A stretch of 5,895 nucleotides of DNA from positions 1 through 5,895 of the IMG/VR virus record IMGVR_UViG_3300045988_011408. One strand, 5' to 3'. The notes under the pieces are model-generated. The model saw only the letters and a program-made list of their open reading frames with translations. It was not told where the DNA came from and did not search any database. A program made the position numbers and the translations under genes. This DNA is from a virus. Below are positions 1-4,373 of this stretch, in pieces. Position 1 is the first letter of the stretch. Each line of letters begins with the position of its first letter.

Positions 1-99
1 CGGAGCAATGCAGAAGGCACGCTAGACTTCTGGCACTATGCGGACAACTACAACAACGTACCGACACTAAGTCAAGAGTGGATGAATGAAGGCAAAAAC
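1..99. repeat. Terminal redundancy: 1..99 is base-for-base identical to 5797..5895. This is a circular genome written with an overlap, unit length 5796 bp
   Basis: Direct comparison of the first 99 nt with the last 99 nt of the window gives identical strings. The VP1 reading frame is continuous across this junction. Confidence 0.92.
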
Positions 100-219
100 G
101 AAATTGCAAGGACATTAATTGTTCAGAACGAGCCGCAGTTCTTTGGAGCAATCCGAGTAATGAATAAGACCACACGTTGCATGCCGCTGTACAGCGTGCC
201 GGGTCTGGAAAAGCTGTAA
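1..219 (+). CDS. VP1: Major capsid protein VP1, C-terminal part. This is the continuation of 4360..5895 and gives 551 aa in total on the 5796-bp circle
   Basis: Frame 1 is open from base 1 to TAA at 217..219: ...[65 protein letters not shown]. The tail ([17 protein letters not shown]) is typical of microvirus capsid C-termini. The frame is consistent with the 4360 start (1536 nt before the junction is a multiple of 3). Confidence 0.88.
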   Translation, partial: RSNAEGTLDFWHYADNYNNVPTLSQEWMNEGKNEIARTLIVQNEPQFFGAIRVMNKTTRCMPLYSVPGLEKL

Positions 220-230
220 AGAAAGGAGGA

Positions 231-255
231 AGCCCGCAGAAATGCGGGCTATTTT
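231..255 (+). terminator. Rho-independent-type hairpin. An 8-bp stem AGCCCGCA/TGCGGGCT with a GAAA (GNRA) tetraloop is followed by ATTTT. Likely a leaky terminator or attenuator after VP1
   Basis: Perfect inverted repeat at 231..238 and 243..250, loop at 239..242, T-run at 252..255. It sits 12 nt after the VP1 stop and contains the VP2 start codon (242..244). Confidence 0.55.
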
Positions 256-1087
256 AAAAATGGCAGGAATTGGAGCAATGTTAGCAAGTGGAGCGTCCAA
301 AGTAGGAACATGGTTAGCACAGAATCCGGCAGTCGTAACCGGAGCAATGCAACTACTAGGCGGTGGACTGTCGTCAATGTACGGCCAAAAAAGCGAAAAC
401 TTTAGCCAAGGAAGCAACGTAAGCACAGGAAAAGGCGGAGGGCAAAGTTTATCTGTAAGTGAAGGCGGCACAAATGACGAACAGATAATGAAATATCTCA
501 GTCAATACTACAACTGGCAAGGAGGACAAAATGCTTTTCAAAGTAAGACAAACCGCGAAAATATGCTCATGCAAATGGGATACAATACGTTGGGTGCAAT
601 CCAACAAGGAATATACAACCACATCGAGCAAAACGCAGCCATGTCTTACAACAGCGCAGAAGCGCTGGCAAACCGCAACTTCCAAGAAAGAATGAGCAAC
701 ACAGCATACCAAAGAGCTGTAGAAGATATGCGAAAGGCAGGACTTAATCCAATCTTAGCATATGCACAGGGCGGCGCAAGCACACCGGGAGGAGCAGGAG
801 CAACAATCACAGGCGCAAGCATGGGAATGCCAACATCAAGCGCTCTGGGAGTATCTGCGCTAAGCGGCAACGTGCCAAACAGCTACTACAATAAAAGCAT
901 TGCAAAATCAACGTGGTATCAGCTCAGCGAAGCCGTAGGAAGCCAAATGTCAAAAGGCTATACAAGCCCATACGAGCTAACGAAAGACTTGCTAAAAACA
1001 TACGAACAAATGGAAGATACAGAAAAAACAATTCCATTCAATGCAGGCGGAGGTAAATTCCATACAGGCGGAGGAAGAAAAAAATGA
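242..1087 (+). CDS. VP2: Minor capsid / DNA pilot protein VP2 (281 aa). An alternative start at ATG 260 is possible
   Basis: The SD AAAGGAGGA lies at 220..228. The protein has a Gly/Ala/Ser-rich N-terminal half and the conserved VP2 block [29 protein letters not shown] (nt 677..763), followed by a G/S/T-rich tail. The stop TGA 1085..1087 overlaps the VP4 ATG. Confidence 0.85.
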   Translation: MRAILKMAGIGAMLASGASKVGTWLAQNPAVVTGAMQLLGGGLSSMYGQKSENFSQGSNVSTGKGGGQSLSVSEGGTNDEQIMKYLSQYYNWQGGQNAFQSKTNRENMLMQMGYNTLGAIQQGIYNHIEQNAAMSYNSAEALANRNFQERMSNTAYQRAVEDMRKAGLNPILAYAQGGASTPGGAGATITGASMGMPTSSALGVSALSGNVPNSYYNKSIAKSTWYQLSEAVGSQMSKGYTSPYELTKDLLKTYEQMEDTEKTIPFNAGGGKFHTGGGRKK

Positions 1088-2103
1088 GTTGCTACAAGCC
1101 ACTAATCAGGCTGTACAACCCGGACAACAAAGAAATCAGCGGGCGGGTGTACTCACTCGCCCGCTTTTCTCAGTTAAGCGGGAAACAGTTAAGATATGAA
1201 GATTTGATGTATAATCCGAAAGTTATGTTAATACCATGCGGACAATGCATAGGATGCAGAATCAGACAACGAGAGGACTGGACAACGAGAATTGAATTAG
1301 AAGCAAGAGATTACCCAAAAGAACAAGTCTGGTTTATCACGCTAACTTATGATGATGATCATGTACCGGGCATGATAGTAAAAACAGGTGAAATCATGCG
1401 GAAGGTGCAGTACACATGGAAGCCGGGAGAGAAGCGCCCAGAAAGCGTTCAAATCCTGCTGTATGAAGATATTCAAAAGTTCTTAAAACGCCTCAGAAAG
1501 GCTTACAGGGGCAAATTACGCTATTTTGTAGCGGGTGAATACGGAGAACAAACAGCAAGGCCACATTATCACATGATTCTATACGGCTGGAAACCGACAG
1601 ACCTAAAAAATTTGTACAAGATTCACCACAATGGATACTATACCAGCGAGTGGTTAGCAAACCTATGGGGCATGGGTCAAATACAAATAGCACAAGCAGT
1701 TCCAGAAACCTATAGATATGTTGCAGGATACGTAACAAAAAAAATGTACGAAATAGACGGAAAGAAAGCCAATGCGTACTACGAATTGGGACAAACGAGA
1801 CCTTTTGCTTGCATGAGCCTAAAGCCGGGCCTTGGAGACCACTATTATCAAGAACACAAGGCAGAAATCTGGCGGCAAGGTTACATTCAATGCACCAACG
1901 GAAAACAGGCGCAGATTCCAAGATACTACGAAAAACAGATGGAAGCAGAAAACCCGGAAAGACTATGGAGAATCAAGAAAAACAGGCAAAAAAACGCAAT
2001 GGAGCAGAAGAGACTACAGTTAGAGGGCCAAGACTATAAAACAGTCCTAGAAACGAAAGAACGTGTCACCAAAAAACAAACGAAAAAACGTGGTATTTTA
2101 TAA
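1084..2103 (+). CDS. VP4: Replication initiation protein VP4 (rolling-circle HUH endonuclease, phiX174 gene A homologue), 339 aa
   Basis: Motif I FITLTY is at nt 1333..1350. Motif [11 protein letters not shown] (HUH; HYH at 1564..1572) is present. Motif [12 protein letters not shown] (two Tyr spaced 4, then KK; 1717..1743) parallels the phiX A protein YVAKYVNKK. There is an N-terminal CGQCIGC cysteine cluster. GGAGGA lies 9 nt upstream, and the ATGA overlaps VP2. Confidence 0.9.
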   Translation: MSCYKPLIRLYNPDNKEISGRVYSLARFSQLSGKQLRYEDLMYNPKVMLIPCGQCIGCRIRQREDWTTRIELEARDYPKEQVWFITLTYDDDHVPGMIVKTGEIMRKVQYTWKPGEKRPESVQILLYEDIQKFLKRLRKAYRGKLRYFVAGEYGEQTARPHYHMILYGWKPTDLKNLYKIHHNGYYTSEWLANLWGMGQIQIAQAVPETYRYVAGYVTKKMYEIDGKKANAYYELGQTRPFACMSLKPGLGDHYYQEHKAEIWRQGYIQCTNGKQAQIPRYYEKQMEAENPERLWRIKKNRQKNAMEQKRLQLEGQDYKTVLETKERVTKKQTKKRGIL

Positions 2104-2116
2104 TTGGTGTCACCTA

Positions 2117-2157
2117 GCCCAGTACCTATCAAGTAAGGTACTGGGCATTATTATTCT
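2117..2157 (+). terminator. Rho-independent-type terminator after VP4. An 11-bp perfect stem GCCCAGTACCT/AGGTACTGGGC with an 8-nt loop is followed by ATTATTATTCT
   Basis: Inverted repeat at 2117..2127 and 2136..2146, starting 14 nt after the VP4 stop. A T/A-rich run follows. Confidence 0.6.
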
Positions 2158-2160
2158 AAT

Positions 2161-2214
2161 CGCGCACACACGTACACGCGAAAACTACACGCGCACGCGT
2201 GCGCACGTATTATA
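2161..2214. repeat. Two perfectly alternating pyrimidine-purine (CG/CA) tracts that are Z-DNA-prone. They carry a 14-bp perfect palindrome GCGCACGCGTGCGC (2191..2204) and repeated GCGCAC/TACACGCG motifs
   Basis: 2161..2180 CGCGCACACACGTACACGCG alternates py-pu over 20 nt. 2187..2214 alternates over about 28 nt. GCGCAC occurs at 2162, 2191 and 2201, with the inverted GTGCGC at 2199. TACACGCG occurs at 2173 and 2186. GC content here is far above the surrounding AT-rich intergenic DNA. Confidence 0.7.
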
Positions 2215-2246
2215 ATATAACTTGTTGTAGTCGTAGTAGTAGAGTA

Positions 2247-2411
2247 TGTTGAAAAGTTGAAAAGTATAATTTTAAAACGTTAGAGCGTTAAAAATAAACA
2301 AAAAACAATGTTGAAAGATTTGTTGAAAACTTGTTGAATTGTTGAAATACTCTATTATGCTAAAGTTTAACAATGTTGAAATGTTGAAAACTCTGTTGAA
2401 AATGTTGAAAA
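2247..2411 (+). repeat. Iteron-like array with at least 10 direct copies of (A)TGTTGAAA(A) in three clusters. This is a candidate protein-binding, origin or regulatory array
   Basis: The GTTGAA core starts at 2248, 2256, 2310, 2322, 2333, 2341, 2375, 2383, 2395 and 2404. All copies are in the same orientation, spaced 8-12 bp within clusters. A degenerate copy lies at 2224. The region has stops in all frames and no coding potential. Confidence 0.8.
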
Positions 2412-2449
2412 CCCAATAGAAGCAGTCCGGAATCGAACGGGAAAGTCAC

Positions 2450-2496
2450 GGCCGCGCTTCGCTGGAAGTTGCGCCGCGTAGCGCGCAACAGCGGCC
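2450..2496. other. GC-rich inverted-repeat island: GGCCGC...GCGGCC outer arms with internal GTTGCGC/GCGCAAC arms. A candidate ssDNA stem-loop such as a complementary-strand origin or primase/PriA-type entry site
   Basis: GGCCGC at 2450..2455 pairs with GCGGCC at 2491..2496. GTTGCGC at 2468..2474 pairs with GCGCAAC at 2483..2489. Local GC is about 65% inside an AT-rich intergenic region, with no ORF. Confidence 0.45.
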
Positions 2497-2504
2497 ATCT
2501 AATG

Positions 2505-2572
2505 AAAAATTCTGCAAAAAAACTTCAAAAAAAACTTGACAAAAACAAAAAAATATGATAGAATATAATCAG
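2505..2572 (+). promoter_or_regulatory. Strong sigma70-type promoter. It has an A-tract UP element (2505..2535), -35 TTGACA (2536..2541), a 17-bp spacer, and an extended -10 TGaTAGAAT (2556..2564). The predicted TSS is near 2571
   Basis: The -35 is a consensus hexamer. The TG is at the -15/-14 position, and the -10 is TAGAAT. Phased A5-8 tracts lie immediately upstream, with AAAAACTTC / AAAAAACTTG repeated. The site lies 20 nt upstream of the SD for the 2592 ORF. Confidence 0.65.
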
Positions 2573-2591
2573 AGAAAGGAAGGTGCAAAAG

Positions 2592-2780
2592 ATGACACAC
2601 ACATATGAACTTAGAAGATTTGAAGATGACGGGAGCATAACAACCGTACTAAAAATTGCGGCAGAACCAAAATACGCAAAACAGGACGCAAGGGCATATG
2701 CAAAACGAAATCCCGGACTATACACACTATACAAAATAGAAACAATAGAATCATTCTTCACTGAAAACCTTGACAAATAA
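2592..2780 (+). CDS. Hypothetical protein, 62 aa. It is the first gene behind the strong promoter
   Basis: ATG 2592 sits 8 nt after the SD AGGAAGG (2577..2583). The translation is MTHTYELRRFEDDGSITTVLKIAAEPKYAKQDARAYAKRNPGLYTLYKIETIESFFTENLDK, with stop TAA 2778..2780. I recognise no family. The track's GTG 2583 start is less likely than the ATG. Confidence 0.55.
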   Translation: MTHTYELRRFEDDGSITTVLKIAAEPKYAKQDARAYAKRNPGLYTLYKIETIESFFTENLDK

Positions 2781-2798
2781 GAAAAAACGCAATACAAT
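2770..2798 (+). promoter_or_regulatory. Possible second promoter: -35 TTGACA (2770..2775), 17-bp spacer, -10 TACAAT (2793..2798)
   Basis: The hexamers and spacing fit the consensus. The predicted TSS (about 2805) would leave almost no leader before the peptidase SD at 2807..2813, so function is doubtful. Confidence 0.3.
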
Positions 2799-2818
2799 AA
2801 AACCATGGGGTGGTAAAA

Positions 2819-3202
2819 ATGAGTACAGTAATCTTAAACCAAACAAACAGCGACCGATTAACGCAACACTTCAAAGCAGAAGAGTTTAGATGCAAAGACA
2901 AAACAAAAGAATTTCTATGGGCACCTGAACTACTCGCAGTACTGGAAACAATCAGAAACCACTTCAACGCACCAGTGATCATCAACAGCGGATACAGAAC
3001 GCCAAGCTGGAACAGCAAAGTAAACGGAGCACCAAACAGCTATCACTGCAAAGGGATGGCGGCAGATATCGTAGTAAAAGGGCACAGCAGTAGAGAAGTT
3101 GCAAAATACGCAGATAGCCTCATGGAAGAAGGCGGTGTAATAAGATACACAAACTTCACACACATTGATGTGCGCGAAAAACGATACAGAAAGGGGGTGT
3201 AA
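2819..3202 (+). CDS. Peptidase M15A family protein (zinc D-Ala-D-Ala carboxypeptidase / LAS fold, Peptidase_M15_3), 127 aa. Putative cell-wall hydrolase or endolysin
   Basis: The protein carries FKAEEFRCKD, then INSGYRTPSWNSKVNGAPNSYHCKGMAADI with a His-x6-Asp zinc-ligand pair (H at 3044..3046, D at 3065..3067). It ends with GGVIRYTNFTHIDVRE (His at 3161..3163). This is the canonical M15A domain layout. There is no signal peptide and no TM segment. ATG 2819 sits 5 nt after GGTGG. The track's GTG 2810 start is less likely. Confidence 0.8.
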   Translation: MSTVILNQTNSDRLTQHFKAEEFRCKDKTKEFLWAPELLAVLETIRNHFNAPVIINSGYRTPSWNSKVNGAPNSYHCKGMAADIVVKGHSSREVAKYADSLMEEGGVIRYTNFTHIDVREKRYRKGV

Positions 3203-3205
3203 CCC

Positions 3206-3310
3206 ATGGCATTAATTAAAGTCAAAGACCTGCGAGAGGCAATTCAGCTCATCAAGACCGTACTGGAAAAGCTCGACGAAATCTATCACATCATGAAGGA
3301 AAAGGAGTAA
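3206..3310 (+). CDS. Small hypothetical protein, 34 aa, predicted heptad-repeat coiled-coil peptide, translationally coupled to the peptidase
   Basis: ATG 3206 sits 6 nt after AAGGGGGTG (3191..3199) and 3 nt after the peptidase stop. The translation is MALIKVKDLREAIQLIKTVLEKLDEIYHIMKEKE, with hydrophobic residues at 3-4 spacing (L3,V6,L9,I13,I16,L20,L23,Y27,M30). It is too short for the ORF track. Confidence 0.35.
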   Translation: MALIKVKDLREAIQLIKTVLEKLDEIYHIMKEKE

Positions 3311-3403
3311 AACCAGAATGGCCAAACAGTACAACGCAAGAGACCGACCCTGACAAAAGCAAAAATCAATTCAAGTGAAAAAACGGAAAGCGAGAGATAA
3401 CTA

Positions 3404-3646
3404 TTGAAAAAAACATGGAATGTACGAGACCAGACCGAAGAAAGCCTCAGACTAGAGGCCGAAAGGCTATACAAGCAGATAGAAGCCGGATACGAAATGG
3501 TAAAAAAAGTATCCAACTTAGAAGATGCAAAAAATATCATTGACCGAATCTGGATAATGAAGAAATGGACCAATGACATCGAACTGGAACTACTCAGAAG
3601 GGAGTACACATATGAAGCACAGGAAGCGGATGCCAGTACGCGCTGA
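3404..3646 (+). CDS. Hypothetical acidic helical protein. It is an 80-codon open frame whose only start right after the upstream stop is TTG. The first in-frame ATG is at 3494 and would give 50 aa
   Basis: The frame is open from the stop at 3398..3400 to TGA 3644..3646. It reads KKTWNVRDQTEESLRLEAERLYKQIEAGYEMVKKVSNLEDAKNIIDRIWIMKKWTNDIELELLRREYTYEAQEADASTR. A purine-rich GGAAAG..GAGAG lies 7 nt upstream of the TTG. First codon positions are purine-rich (RNY-like). The start codon is uncertain. Confidence 0.4.
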   Translation: MKKTWNVRDQTEESLRLEAERLYKQIEAGYEMVKKVSNLEDAKNIIDRIWIMKKWTNDIELELLRREYTYEAQEADASTR

Positions 3647-3731
3647 CAAGAGGATGTTCAACGTAACGGCACGAAAAACGAAGAGTATCAACCTCAGCCA
3701 GAAGCCCATGCGGGGCGGCATCAGACTGTAA
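3630..3731 (+). CDS. Candidate small basic DNA-binding protein (phiX J / gokushovirus ORF8-like), 33 aa
   Basis: The translation is MPVRADKRMFNVTARKTKSINLSQKPMRGGIRL (5 R, 4 K, 1 D; net about +8). AGGAAG lies 3-5 nt upstream. It sits in the only otherwise non-coding gap (3647..3742) in the structural gene block, upstream of the scaffold and capsid genes. An alternative start is ATG 3654 (25 aa). Confidence 0.4.
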   Translation: MPVRADKRMFNVTARKTKSINLSQKPMRGGIRL

Positions 3732-3742
3732 AGGAGAAAAAC

Positions 3743-3985
3743 ATGATTCACGGATACTATGGCATCTATGACAGCGTAGCAAAGTGCTACTGCTACATCG
3801 GAGAAAGCAAGAGCGATGATACCTTCGCACGGATGTGCAGTATCATGGCAAAAGACGAGAAAACGTTCCTGGGCCAGTCACCCGAAGACTACAAGGGCTA
3901 CCATATCGCAAACTTCAACGATGAAAACGGCCAGTTCGAGAGCATCGTACTGGATAAAGTCTGGGAGGGCAAACCGAATGAATAA
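3743..3985 (+). CDS. Hypothetical protein, 80 aa
   Basis: A strong SD AAAGGAG (3730..3736) lies 6 nt before ATG 3743. The translation is MIHGYYGIYDSVAKCYCYIGESKSDDTFARMCSIMAKDEKTFLGQSPEDYKGYHIANFNDENGQFESIVLDKVWEGKPNE. The stop overlaps the VP3-like start in an ATGAATAA arrangement. I recognise no family. Confidence 0.55.
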   Translation: MIHGYYGIYDSVAKCYCYIGESKSDDTFARMCSIMAKDEKTFLGQSPEDYKGYHIANFNDENGQFESIVLDKVWEGKPNE

Positions 3986-4373
3986 AAGATACGAGGAAGG
4001 GCGCAAGCCCTTCTTTTCGAATCCAGGTGAAAAACTGCGTAAGCAGTACGTCTGGGGCAAAGACGAGAAAGGCAACGACAAGCTGATTGAGACCGAACCA
4101 ATCGACATTCAGGGCGAAATTGAAAGCTATGCAGATGAATGCGACATTAAAAACATTGTCCGAAAAGCAAGTTTCGACCCGGAGTTCGCCAAAACTCTAG
4201 TAGACAGCGCAAAAACAGATGAAATCGTGGATGTCACCGAATGGCCGACCAACATTCACGAGTATCACGCCATGATGGCAACGGCACAGGCCAACGCAAT
4301 GGAGCTGCAGAAGATGCAGGAAAAGGCCGCAAACGAGAAAAAGAAGCAGGAGGAAAGCAATGAACCGGAATAA
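3978..4373 (+). CDS. Putative internal scaffolding protein (VP3-like), 131 aa. Its 3' end overlaps the VP1 start by 14 nt
   Basis: ATG 3978 sits 8 nt after GGGAGGG. The translation is MNKRYEEGRKPFFSNPGEKLRKQYVWGKDEKGNDKLIETEPIDIQGEIESYADECDIKNIVRK... It is acidic overall, and the ECDI.NIV block resembles what I recall of gokushovirus VP3 (from memory, not verified). Its position abutting VP1 supports the call. The 185-codon in-frame extension back to ATG 3816 is low-complexity and S/T/R-rich, and reads like an alternate-frame product of the 3743 ORF. Confidence 0.55.
   Translation: MNKRYEEGRKPFFSNPGEKLRKQYVWGKDEKGNDKLIETEPIDIQGEIESYADECDIKNIVRKASFDPEFAKTLVDSAKTDEIVDVTEWPTNIHEYHAMMATAQANAMELQKMQEKAANEKKKQEESNEPE

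Noticed and set aside
115-471. Minus-strand ORFs in the track (115..471, 449..712, 646..870, 1493..1921, 2525..2806, 2758..3018, 2930..3163, 3043..3225, 3286..3609, 3594..3830, 3878..4108, 3898..4101, 4197..4448, 5025..5270, 5191..5592)
   Set aside because: All lie antisense to well-supported + strand genes. The complementary strand is T-rich, so its open frames translate to artificial Cys/Phe/Leu-rich hydrophobic strings. Microviridae transcribe only one strand, and none of these ORFs has a convincing SD.
1809-2039. Two basic alternate-frame + strand ORFs (1809..2039 and 1832..2023) inside the 3' end of VP4
   Set aside because: The VP4 C-terminus is coded by GAA/AAG/AAA-rich codons, which automatically read as K/R-rich peptides in the other frames. 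There is no SD and no independent evidence. Overprinting is not excluded, but it would need a synonymous-constraint analysis across relatives.
2208-2270. Isolated TATAAT hexamers at 2211..2216 and 2265..2270 as additional promoters
   Set aside because: Neither has an acceptable -35 at 16-18 bp spacing (TTGAAA copies lie at 2 or 10 bp) or a TG extension. They are probably just AT-rich sequence.
2247-2411. CRISPR array interpretation of the TGTTGAAA repeats
   Set aside because: The repeat unit is only 8 bp with 0-4 bp spacers. CRISPR repeats are 24-48 bp with 26-72 bp unique spacers, so this is an iteron-type array, not CRISPR.
2425-2445. tRNA-like T-arm signature (minus-strand CCCGTTCGATTCCGG with a TTCGATT loop) inside the GC island
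   Set aside because: The flanking 5-bp stem has a C-C mismatch. No acceptor-stem, D-arm or anticodon-arm complementarity could be found in the surrounding 80 nt. It is probably a coincidental TΨC-like word inside a GC-rich hairpin region.
2468-2490. phiX174-like origin core CAACTT (the phiX nick site is CAACTTG/ATATTAATAAC) seen in the complement of 2465..2472
   Set aside because: The word occurs only on the minus strand, whereas the Rep nick must be on the viral (+) strand. It is 6 nt long and lacks the AT-rich 3' half. This is not evidence for the origin. The true nick site remains unidentified.
2583-2591. GTG 2583 and GTG 2810 starts used by the ORF track for the 62-aa ORF and the peptidase
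   Set aside because: In both cases an ATG (2592, 2819) lies a few codons downstream at ideal spacing from an SD (AGGAAGG, GGTGG). The GTG codons sit inside or overlap the SD itself.
3318-3353. 11-codon ORF MAKQYNARDRP with an AAGGAG 10 nt upstream
   Set aside because: It is too short to evaluate. It may simply reflect the SD-like end of the preceding 34-aa ORF (AAGGAGTAA).
3816-3977. Long form of the VP3-like ORF starting at ATG 3816 (185 aa, as in the ORF track)
   Set aside because: The extra 54 residues (MIPSHGCAVSWQKTRKRSWASHPKTTRATISQTSTMKTASSRASYWIKSGRANR) are low-complexity and S/T/R-rich, and they lack an SD. This is what the +1 frame of the well-formed 3743..3985 ORF would produce. 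ATG 3978, with GGGAGGG 8 nt upstream, is the better start.
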